From NCBI GenBank assembly GCA_951406725.2, contig OX597819.1:48918001-48982000 (forward strand): a stretch of 64,000 bases of DNA, written 5' to 3'. The stretch comes from Octopus vulgaris (taxonomy: Eukaryota). Both the position numbers and the translations under genes were made by a program. Positions 52,495-64,000 of this stretch are shown piece by piece. The notes beneath the pieces are model-generated. The model worked only from the letters and a program-made list of their open reading frames with translations, searched no databases and was not told the DNA's origin. Positions within the stretch are counted from its first letter, which is position 1. Every line of letters starts with the position of its first letter.

Positions 52495-52830
52495 TAATGA
52501 AATTATTGTATACAGTGCTCAGGTGCACCACAACTTGTCAAAAAGTGCGTATAAAGTATATGCAGTAATGTACAAATGTCTGAAAAGCGAACAGTGTATG
52601 AGTCAGATACATGCTTGCGTGTGTATGGAGGGGAGAAAATCAGGTGTAGCGTTGGCGAATCTCAGGAAGCATGGAAGTTTTGAAGGATGCAGTGCTCCGA
52701 CAACTAACAACTTATGCCGGCAGTCTGTTCCACGCTTCAGCAACTCTTAGCGTGAAAAAATGTTTCCGAAAGTCATGGGAGCTGTGCTGTTTTCTGACTT
52801 TGTAAACATGTCCACGGGTGTTAGACGGGT
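52495..52830 (-). mobile_element. CR1 LINE 3' end
   Basis: Minus-strand TRGHVYKVRKQHSSHDFRKHFFTLRVAEAWNRLP, the CR1 ORF2 C-terminal signature. The 3' tip recurs at ~47390-47421. Confidence 0.85.
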
Positions 52831-54299
52831 GTTAGATTGATAATTCCTTCGAAAAACAAAAACGGAAGGCATGAGTGTTGTATTTTCTCATTACCACACC
52901 ATTAAAAATTGCTTTCTTATGGGTTCTCTACTACAACAATGTCCTGGTATGGATGCATTAACTAATTTTCAGAAAATAATTTTTTGTTGAAAGAGTTGTT
53001 TATGTGAAGTTTGATCTTTCTCAAATATACTTATCATTTATGTTTAAATAAAACATTTTGATTCCAGTCTAAAGTTCTTAAAACAAATTAAATAATGTAG
53101 ATAACAAAGTATTATATGGTAGACATGTGTTTCTTAGAGACAAACAGTGTCTGCAAATAAAAAAAGTAAATATATGATATTCCTATTTATTTTCTAAATA
53201 CAGTTGATATAAAAAATGTCTGTTGTAGAAAATCTTTTTATTTCCTTTAAATAAATATTGAAAATGAAAAATAAACACTAGCTTCATTTTCTTGTTTTCA
53301 GCTGCTTAATTAACAACAACTAGTTTAAAGGTTAGCAACTTCTTTTTTCACAATATAGTTTAAATATCAAGAAGAAAGTAAATAATAACAACAGAATTAC
53401 CAAGGTGGACTTAGTGAGGGTACTTTTTAAAAATTGAATCTATGACCAACTTCAGTTCTCAACTGGATTTATTCTCACATACATTACTCATGTTCCTAGC
53501 AAAGGCATGTGAAGATATGATTTTTTAAACTTCCTCTTTTCTTTCATATCTATTTGAGGCTTGCTACACATGTGAAAGAAATCTCTCTCATGCACAGACT
53601 TCTTTTGTTTTCCCAGTTGAAATAAACCTAAAGCTATATATCTAGTGGAAATAGTCTAAAGTTGCATCTCTTATCTAGTACATAACACTATGATACAAGA
53701 TTAACACTTCTTCTCCAAGTCATTTTTTTTCTTTGAGGTCTCTTTATTGTGTAAGAATGGCAACCTTAGGAAATACATTATGCAATTATAAATAAATTAT
53801 GAATATAGAATTAATAAAAAAATGACCCCAAAATGCACATAATCTTAAAATTTTTCTTGCAGAAACTATGGATTCCAGGAAATGGTAGTTATGAAATGCA
53901 ACCGTTCTCTTCCTGAAGCTTGAGGAAATTGCTTTATACAAGTAAGTTTATATGTTTCAAAATAACAATATCATAAATAATCTGTACAGTGACAAAATGT
54001 ACTGAAAAGCTTTTTAAATGTTGAACATTTCTGTATCTTAGACAGACATATGTATTTTTATCAGTATCACTTCTTGACAACTGGTGTTGGTTTGTTTACA
54101 TCCCTATAACTTGATGGTTTGGCAAAGCCCTCCAAAAACAAAAGTACTGGGTTCAATTTGTTCAACTAAAAACCTTCTAGGTGGTGCCCCAGCATGGCCA
54201 CAGTCCAACGAGAGAAGTAAAAAGTAAAACATATAACATGAAAATAAAATTGCAATTTGATGCATCATGAAACAAAGCAAAATTTTCTATGTCGTTTTT

Positions 54300-54835
54300 A
54301 TTCTGTCTCCGCTCCTTGTGAGTATGCACAGGCACTTTGCCACCATCTCTCTCCTGGTCTATCTTGCACTCTTGCTGTCTTCTACACTCTTTCTCTTTTT
54401 GAAATAACCTTGTCTCTCCTCTACAGCAGCACACCTGTTTCTGTCCTCAACCACGATCATTCTCTCTTTCTCTGGCCAAGTAACTTTGAACCTCCTCTAC
54501 AGCAAGACACCTCTGTCTCTGTCACACTCTAACCTTTCATCATCTGGAACAAGATCATCTCCTCCAATGCCCCCTCCCCTTTCAAAGGATCTTTGTCTTG
54601 CAAGTTACAGGGTGATCCTGCCAGTGCTGGTGCCATGTAAAAAGAATCCAATCCACACTGTAAAGCAGTTGTCATTTTGAAGGGCATTCAGTTGTAAAAA
54701 ACTATGCTAAAACTGATCCCCCCCTGTGCTTGTGCCATATAAAAAGCACTCGGTCCACTCTGTAAAGTGGTTGATATTAGGAAAGGCATCCAGCCATAAA
54801 AACCATGCCAAAACAATGATGATGATGATGATGAT
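54300..54835 (+). mobile_element. RTE 3' UTR-type fragment
   Basis: Colinear with 34260-34765. Confidence 0.7.
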
Positions 54836-56366
54836 GCTGTTGATGACACAGCACCTGTTATTTTTGTGTAATAATGTCTCTGTCTCTTAGCAGTATATGT
54901 CTCCCACTCTCTTTTGCAGGTACAGTATTTGTCTTTTCCTCTCTCTCTTTCTGTGTAGGAGCATAGTTTCTCTTCATACTCATATTCCTTCTCTTTCATC
55001 TCATACTTCTTGTCTCACCCCACCTTCCCTATTTCATATACACACCAGATTTTATTTATACAAAGAGATAACAAAATTAGGATTGAACTTAAGTGGAACA
55101 CATTGCCCTTTAGGGAAGAAGCCATTCTATCTTAGGATTGTTTCAATGTATATTCTAATTTCATCGTCTACGAATTAGTTTATTATCAATAATAAAGTAG
55201 ATCATTGACTGTAGCTAACAAGTTGTCATTCAAAGAAAGACCAGCATTTCCCAACCTGGTTTAGTCTTGGAGAACTCTTGAAATATGTTCTATGCTTCAG
55301 GGAAACTACTATATAAAAATGATATATCTTTATTAGTTGTTTGGTTGTTCTTTGATAAAGTGAAGTGTCTTTGGTGATTAAACAAATCATAGAGAACTTG
55401 AAATGCATTTCATGCCTCAGGGAACTTGCTTGTCTTTTGTAGGTAATTACACATATTATAAACTGTCTTTGAAGGGTTTAGTAGTGCTAAATCCATCAGA
55501 AACAACAAAGAATATTTAAGAAAAGTTCTCTGAAGCAGTATGTTGATAGATCAAATTCTTTACTAAAAAGCTATTTCCCCCTGTAAGCTCTATTTGTTAC
55601 AGAGAGATGGCAGGATTTCCCTACCTTAGGGAATATGCTGTGCATTTAATAAAAACACAAATATAAAAAGCACAAAAATGATTCATAAAATGCAGCCTCT
55701 TGTGGAATGCTAGAGTTTAAAGAGAATACTAGTTGGAAAATGCTTATCAAGCACCAACTTAAAATGACATAAGATTTGTTTATATGGTTGATATTCTGAG
55801 TGCAGGGGTAACACAATGTGGTAAGTCCAAAATATTGATCAATTAAAATTCCTTCAGTAAGGAAAACTCCTTCACATTAATGATAATTCTTGCCAAAGAA
55901 AAATGAAAGCAAGGAAGACAATTTCAATATTGAAATTGGTTAAAAGTTGAATGAAGGCATGCAGTTGGGAGTGAGTGAGCTTTTTATAAGTATAGTGACA
56001 AATGTATGGACATGTTTCAGTTTTATTAGACTTCCTCTGTGAAATATTATCATTATTTGTACTTACCAGACCTCAGAATGACTGGGATAATAAAGGTTCA
56101 TTGATTAGGCAAATTGAAAATAAGGACATGGGCAAGAAAACTCAATTAGAAATCCCTTCCAGATTATATTATCCATTTTCATTCCTTAGCATGATTTTAT
56201 AACAATTGCTTACAATTGACATAATTTCCTATCAGAAATTGTGTGTCTATAATTGCATATCGACACATGATGCAATTATAATTGCATATGTTTCAGTTCG
56301 TTGTGTGATATTGAAGATAAAGTAGGACAATAAATTTGAAAATAAACCAAAATTAGTAAAATTTAA

Positions 56367-56813
56367 TCATCATCACCGTTTAACGTTCGCTTTCCATGCT
56401 AGCATGGGTTGGATGATTTGACTGATGTCTGGCGATCCAGATGGCTGCACCAGACTCCAATCTGACCTGGCAGAGTTTCTACAGCTGGATGCCCTTCCTA
56501 ACGCCAACCACTCTGAGAGTGTAGTGGGTGCTTTTACGTACCACCGGCATGAGGGCCAGTCAGGCGGTACTGGCGACGGCCACACTCAAATGGTGCTTTT
56601 TATGTGCCACCTGCACAGGAGCCAGTCCAGTGGCACTGGCAACGACCTTACTTGAATGCTTTTTCACGTGTTAGTAAGGTGATGCAGGTAACAATCACGC
56701 TCGAATGGTGTTTTTTACATACCACCAGCAGGGAGGCCAGCTTGTTGCTCTGGCAATGATCACGCTTGTACGGTACTCTTAGCGCTCCACTAGTATGGAT
56801 GCCAGTCATCGAA
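56367..56813 (-). mobile_element. Family E element
   Basis: Colinear with 62275-62735. Confidence 0.85.
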
Positions 56814-57826
56814 ATGGTTAAAAAAAACTACAGTAGCAAAAAAAAAAATATGAAGATTAAAACTAAAATTAAAGATTATTAAAGATACATTACCTAATAA
56901 TCTAAGTTCTTTGAATGACAAATTAGAAGAAAAATAAGTAGGTGAGATCTTAGATTAAATTTTATATCAAGTGGCAAATTGGCAGGCATTAGAACATTGG
57001 AAGAATACCTTGCAGTATTTGTTCTGATTTTGATCTGAGTTCATATACTGCAAAGGTCAACTTTGCCTTTTATTGTTGTGAGGGTTGATAAGAAAGTACA
57101 CACCCAGGACAGTGGAATGGTAGAATTTTAGAGGGTCAGATCTGTTTTGACTTTTTGCAAGCTGTCAATCTGCATTAGCCAGATTAGTGGCCTTTATCTT
57201 GGGAAAGTATTGTTAGTGCAAAGATTGGGAGACTTACATAGGCAACTGCTAACCTTCCTAAAGAAAAAAATTTAAAAAATACTGCTCCGGTCTCCACACA
57301 CATCTACAGATGCAAGGTCAATTTTAAATGACACAGGCCCTATAAATTTGATATTTTCTGAAATTATGGATTTAAATAAAAAAAAAAAAGATGTTTCCTT
57401 TTCAAGAATAATGATAAAAACAACAAACAACAAAATCTTTTCAAAAAGTTTACTTGGTCCACATATCTTCCAAATAAGAATTTAAAATAGAACTTGCCAG
57501 GTTTAGAGAGAAAGATGACCCGATCCAAGTTGGTTTAATAAAATGACTTCATAGTTAAGGCCCCCAGAAGCCATCAGAAGTTTCACTGTGATCCAGTAGC
57601 TTTTTGTTTTATTTTAATATTTCTAAATGATAGCACATCATTTATTGAGAGCGCGGAGTTCACGAAAATAAAAATATAAATAAATTAAAAATAATTAGAA
57701 GGAAAAGAAAAATAGCACTAATATATAATATATATGTTTATTTATTCATTTATCTTCATAAGCGAACACCTATCCAGGTATACCTAGAATAAATATATAT
57801 TGTGACTGGATTAGTTGTTTGCACAA

Positions 57827-58014
57827 TTATTTGTCAGAGATGAAGATTTCAACTTCTTGATTTGCTGATGCGTTTGACAGTTTCCGCATGGCTGCTCTTT
57901 TGTCTGCAAGCATCTTTCGCCGAGCGTCTTGACGGGCTTTGGCTGCTTGGCGGGCTTTTTCACTAGATTCTGGGGAAGAATCTGGGGTCCCTTTCATGGC
58001 TTTCCGTTTCAGTC
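57827..58014 (-). CDS. DLGAP1: Terminal coding exon of a disks large-associated protein (DLGAP1-4/SAPAP/GKAP family)
   Basis: Polypyrimidine tract plus TAG acceptor at 58015-58016, phase 1. Encodes (G)LKRKAMKGTPDSSPESSEKARQAAKARQDARRKMLADKRAAMRKLSNASANQEVEIFISDK*. This aligns by eye with the vertebrate DLGAP C-terminus (RQEARKRLMAAKRAASVRQNS...SIEIYIPE). The symbol denotes the family, not proven 1:1 orthology. Upstream GKAP-domain exons were not recognised in the window. Confidence 0.85.
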
Positions 58015-58584
58015 CTAAAAAGAAGAAAAAAAACGAAAAATGGAAGTTATTAAAACTGCTTTGATCAACCAAGTGATAATTGAAAAAGTTTAAAAAAAGA
58101 AGTGCTAGGTTTTAACATCAATTTTAAAACTTGAGTCTTCACAATAAATCAATACCAACTTTGAAAATGAACAAAAATTTTTCATAAAATTTGTCATTAT
58201 ATAAAATACATTCAAAATATTCAACTTGGTTTCTAACTTCCAATATCTGTTGCTTCACTCTGGTATTTCAGATGCAAAAGAAATAAACTTGTGTTTAGAA
58301 GGCCTTTAAGAAATCTTTAAGATGAGGACTGATTTACATGTATATAATTTCATAAAATGCACAAATAGGATTTTTAAGGACTTGCTTTGGTATATACTCA
58401 CTGTAATATTGAACAGGTAGACAAATACACACAGACATGCTAGACATATAATAAAATAGATAACTTCAATCAGATTGAAGAAATGGTTCAAGATTATAAT
58501 TTACCATGGTTACATCTGGCAAATTGTCAAAACTGATTACTGTTTTATTTCGGTAAAATGACAAATGTTGTCTCTTCAACTTGA

Positions 58585-58619
<35 letters not shown>

Positions 58620-59559
58620 TTATTCTTGATTTTTAATTCATAATTTTTAATCTTTAACGTTTAATTATATTGTTTATTTTTAAAAGGATGTAAAATTAGA
58701 TATATAATATTTCGAAATAGAACCTGAAGATTTGTTGGAATAATTGTAAATCTGACAATTGCATATATGTATTTATATATGTATATATGTGGGTATACAG
58801 TTGTGTATATGTATATTGTAATCTTCTAATACTGAAACACGTGTAGTTCCTTCATATTTAATAAATATGAGTATTAACTAAAGTATGATATAATTAATGA
58901 AGAACATTATATACCCAGCTGGAAATTTTGGTTATATCCTTTAAGTATTATTTTGTGATGTGCAAACTGATACCATGAGTTTACTGTCAGATATACTGAT
59001 TAGGTTATTTCTGTATTATCTGAAATAGAATACCTGCTTATCGATTAATCCCCAAAAATTGAATATTGACTTTTATCAGATACTTTGTATATTTATAGAT
59101 AAATATATAAATATACGATAAATAAGACCCCAAAGTACGATATGTAGATGCATATAACGCTTTAGGGTTACACTTGCTTGATTTGGAAATTTGTTTTCCA
59201 AAATTATTCATATATATATATATAGTCATCAGTTAATTATCTATAAGTCGGAAAAAAACAGCATGTTCAATATAAGTAATAGTCATCAATTTGGTGGCAA
59301 TATTAAGTATAGAACCAATGGTAATATTCTGGCCATTTATATAACTTAACCAGTGCATAATGATTTTACACGTGTGTGCATGTGTGTTTACATATCTTAA
59401 TAAATATTCAAAATGTTTTATAATATTTTAGTTTGCTATTCCTAACAATTACTATTTCATAGGGTCTAAGATATGAATCTTGAAGCTAAGGTGACTTCCT
59501 ATGGACTCCAGCCTTTGACCATGTCTAACATAAAGAACCTTGTAGATAAGTTGTCAGCA

Positions 59560-59930
59560 TATGGACTTTTCTGTGTCACATCTCTTGTGATTTGTTAGAC
59601 TATTCCGCTGAAGCATGTAGTAATGGAACTCACCAGCCCATTTTCTATCAACTTTGGTGTACCTCAGAATTTTATTTTGTCTTCTATACTCCTCCTTCTC
59701 TACATTAATAACTTTCTTGATGTTACTTCTTATGACGCCTCTGCATATCACATCACCTTTCATTACTCTTTAACCTTCCACAGACAAGTGTTATTCACAT
59801 GCAATGTAGACATCATACACAAGATTTAATGGAGATATGACAACTTGTCCTTCAATGCTACAAAGTCACAATCATTACATGTAAGAAAGAAAACCTCCTT
59901 GCATTTCATGAACAACATACAGTTAAATCC
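59560..59930 (+). mobile_element. Highly decayed LINE RT fragment (CR1/L2/Jockey group)
   Basis: SINFGVPQNFILSSILLLLYINNFL resembles GVPQGSxLSPxLFxxYIND. Confidence 0.6.
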
Positions 59931-62274
59931 ATCACTGTCACACACAATCTGTGATAAATTATATAGAGATTTCACAAACACATACGGAAATAGATTATAT
60001 AGTATCATTAAGTAACTTGTAGGCAACAACAAAACATTTATTGATAATATTGAATTGACTGGAGCTTCTGATTGAACGAGTAGTCAAAGTGAAAACTGAA
60101 GTAGCTCAATAGTGTATACGACAAAGCTGTGTAAAGTTCATTTTTCATCTACATAATTTTGGGTTTAGTCCCATCTGCTGTTTCCACTATCTCTGACAAC
60201 TCCACCTGATATCCCCGTCTTTCTTCTCTTCCTTGTCACTATTGTGTCTCAACCCTCAAACTTCCTAATTATTCCCTCACTAAACTACAGTATTCTAGAA
60301 TTCCATGTTTGATAATATTTTCCCTAGACAGCTGAAGCGGAGGCCAAACTAAAGACTGCATCAACATCAATAGTTTAAAAAAGACTGAAAATGTCATTGG
60401 GTATGCTGTTCTTTTGACTCAATACACTTAAATTAAAATTTAAGCGTTTATATTTTGTACAGGGTAACACATAATAGAATTAATAGCATGTATAGAAAGC
60501 AATAAATATATTAGTTTGTATATACTTGAAGGAATATCTAAAATATAAAAAAAAGTCAGTCAATAACAATTTAATTATACTTCTCTGCAGTTATAAAAAA
60601 TATATAAAATTTATAGATTCTGAAATTGATTAAAAATCACAGCAAATAAATACTTTTAAGCCAGTTTACAGGTCATCTGATTTTCCTTCATCTATAGAAG
60701 TTGAAAATGATTTAATTTATTGCAATTTGAAATTAATAGGAAAGAATAAAATCAATTTCATGAGAAAAATCAGCAACATCTGTCATTATGTTGACAAAGT
60801 ATACAGATAAAAATGAACCAATATTTAGAGGTTTCTTACCTTTACTTATTTCAAAGGGTGAGATGAGCTTATGCAAACATAGGTATTTATATACTTAAAA
60901 AAAAAAAAAAATTAACAGTTGGATAATTTTTAACCACTAAATCACTTAACTATGTTGCCAGCCAGTCTAAGTCACAGGATTTAGTCATAGGCTGAACATA
61001 ATGACTGTTGTCAAGTCTGAATTTATAATACAATGTGGTCAGTAATCTTGTGCTTTTAACTTCATAACTATTAAGTGTTCACTCCACGCTTGTCTGGTTT
61101 TTGTTAGCCCCATAGCACTCACAACAGCAACAGTATTAGGTCTGTACTAAATTCATGTTAAAATGAGGAATTGATAACACTAATGTGGCTTTTTATATGA
61201 TTTGGGAGCTTTCCAGATGCCGTCATTAAAATTCTAACAAGACTGAGCATGGTTGGATTAAATGAATTAACTTCATTGTTGAAATGCTAAAGATGGAGTT
61301 CTAAATTTGTTTACTGCAAGCTGAGATTGGTTAGCAAGTCAAGTCAAATATTGGTTGTTTTATAGCTACTGGAGCCATTTCTTGGTGTAGTATAATACAA
61401 AATTAGTTTATCATAATACGAATCAATAAATTGCTCTTTGTTTCTGTAATGTAATGCTTTTTTTTTCTCTGTAACTTCTGCTAGCATTTATTGACTATTG
61501 GACTAACCGCAATTGAGTCTATCGATAATGTCAGAGGTTACATATATTCGAATGGTCAGTCAACCAGTAACTATATACACTGACCTCATCATGTCTAATT
61601 TTGTAACAGCAAATTCCATAACTGGTTATCAAAAACAACAATTTTTTTTTATAAGGAAAGGACTCAAGTAACTGACTGTGAAGTAGACTAACAGAAAAAC
61701 CAACCCATTGAGCTAATTATATGTGTGTATGTGTTGGTTAGCCTCACTAACTGTTGTAGTCAAGCAGACCTCTGATCAAAAGCATTCCAGCCATGATTAC
61801 GCCATTGTATATTTATCACTGATTACATTTATGCTTTGTGACGTTTTTTTTAAAGATAGCAGGGTGTGATTTGATGGAAATTTGACTGCTATTGTACGTC
61901 AAACAACTACACAGAAGCTCTTTTGCTGGCTTATAGAGGCCCTTTTGTGTATGTATGGTCTGGTTGAATATTTTAATATTTGATGCAGGTAATATTTAGA
62001 TGCAAACCTGAACTTCACTTGGCAATCATGAGCCCCAGGTTTGATCTAAATGCATGGTATCTTGAGAAATTGTTTTTATTCCACAGCTCTAGGCTGAACA
62101 AAGGTTTGAGTGAAATTGGTAGATGGAAACTGTAGGGAATCCCACAAGGTGCACCTACTTGTGCTGCTGTAACTATTGCATCATGATTATATATATATAT
62201 TGTTGTATTTCGGGATGGTCATTTTATTTATTAATTTTTTTTTTGCCAAATAAGCACACGCACTATATATATAT

Positions 62275-62992
62275 ATCATCATCATCATTTAACGTCCGCT
62301 TTCCATGCTATCATGGGTTGGACGATTTGACTGAGGACTGGCAAACCAGATGGCTGCACCAGGCTCCAGTCTGATCTGGCAGAGTTTCTACAGTTGGATG
62401 CCCTTCCTAATGCCAACTACTTCAAGAGTGTAGTGGGTGCTTTTACATGCCACTGGCATGAGGGCCAGTCAGGCGGTACTGGCAATGACCTCGCTCGAAT
62501 GATGTCTTTTATGTGCCACCTGCACAGGAGCCAGTCCAGCGGCACTGGCAACGAGCTCGCTAGAATGTTTTTTCATATGCCACCAGCACAAGTGCCAGTA
62601 AGGCGATGCTGGTAATGATCACGCTCAAATGGTGCTTTTTATGTGCCACCGGCACTGAAGCCAATTAGCTGCTCTGGCAACGATCACACTCGGATGGTGC
62701 TCTTAGCGCTCCACTAGCACAGATGCCAGTCATCGAATTTGATTTTGATTTCACTTGCCTCAACAGGTCTTCACAAGCAGAGTTTAGTGTCCAATGAAGG
62801 AAAGGCACGCATAAGTGGGCTGGTCACACCCCTGGCATAGGCCACAGGTTATGGTCTCACTTGGCTTGCCGGGTCTTCTCAAGCACAGCATATTTCCAAT
62901 GGTCTTGGTCACTAGTCCTTGCCTTGGTGAGGCCTAATGTTCGAAGGTCGTGCTTCACCACCTCATCTCAGGTCTACCTCTTTCACAGGTTC
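62275..62992 (-). mobile_element. Family E element still attached to an RTE ORF end
   Basis: 62860-62990 resembles the RTE C-terminus seen at 33900-34015 (GAGAAGACCCG), followed by tandem modules and the (GAT)n tail. Confidence 0.8.
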
Positions 62993-64000
62993 CCTGATAT
63001 ATATATATATATATTCACTTGTTTTATTATTACTTATTTTATTATTTTAACATCTGTCCATTGTCCAGAAATCTTCCATCTCTCATCTGTGACCTCTTCA
63101 GTGACACTTTTTCTTTTCGTGTGTGTTCTTGCTCCACTTACTCCATTCTGTTCTTTTAAGATGTGTATCCTTATGTGTGCATGCGTTTTTGTGTGTGTGT
63201 CATAGCTTTTAGCAGCAGTGTGGTCTTTCCCTCAGCTCCAACTTCTCTCCCCATTGTGCTGCTGCTGTCCTAAGACCTGAGAAAAAAAAAAGGGGGGGGG
63301 TACAGTTCCTGTATTCCTCGGTGTATGTGTGTTCATCCATGGTGTTGCTATTGTGGTAGTAGTTGTTGTTGTTATTATTGCCCTCGTTGGCACCACATCT
63401 GCAGCTTACTGTGTTAGTTGTGTTGTTGACATATGGCTGTCCATGAGGTTTCATGTGTGTGTGTGTGTATGGATTCGCTTCATATGTATTCATGACCTTT
63501 ATATAGTTTTATTTATTTATATTATCTATCCCTGTCTTACATTTATCACAGGTATGTGGCAGATATATTTACATATTTGTTTATCTATTTTTTTATACAT
63601 CTATCTATTTCTTGTATCACAGGTAAGTGCATATGTGTCTATTGTGTGTGTATCACTCTGTATGTATCTGTATTATTTACAGTTTTTACCCCTTCCTTCT
63701 CCTTTTCCCTCTCTCTTCACATCCCTACTGTCTTTAGTCATGTGGTAGTGGGTGTTATTGTTCCATTCATGTTTTCTAATTAAGTCTCAGTCTGTCTACT
63801 GTTATATGTGTAGCTTCTGTAATCTGTCTAAGTGTTGTGTCAGTTCTATGTGTCGATAGTACTTATATATATATTACTTGTACCAGGTTTAGGGCTACAC
63901 TGCATTAACTGCAGTAATTTAGGTATGTGATATAAGGGTTAAATCAAAGGAATTTCTGCATATTATTCATTTAGCAATTGCACCCATTGATAAGGATAAT

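Noticed and set aside
57607-57746. AATAAA signals on the minus strand after the DLGAP stop
   Set aside because: Several candidates in AT-rich DNA; the true 3' end cannot be chosen from sequence alone.

Overview
Eukaryotic, AT-rich, repeat-dominated genomic DNA. The dense microsatellites, tRNA-derived SINEs, RTE/Tx1/CR1 LINE debris, Tc1/mariner and TTAA MITEs suggest an octopus (coleoid cephalopod); this is an inference from repeat content. Nearly all ORFs in the supplied track are microsatellite or transposon artefacts. The only host coding sequence I can confidently recognise is the last coding exon (57827-58014, minus strand) of a DLGAP/SAPAP/GKAP-family scaffold gene; it ends in -EIFISDK instead of the vertebrate Shank-binding -QTRL. 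The most interesting non-coding signals are: two long palindromes (25798-25950, 39676-39878) whose arms carry minimal type I hammerhead ribozyme motifs of the Penelope-like kind; a ~2.7 kb fold-back made of two divergent RTE 3' ends (candidate ADAR substrate); head-to-tail SINE arrays; a CpG-retaining island at ~47.5-49.4 kb; and a speculative minus-strand micro-exon chain starting in that island. Repeat boundaries were placed by eye and are approximate.
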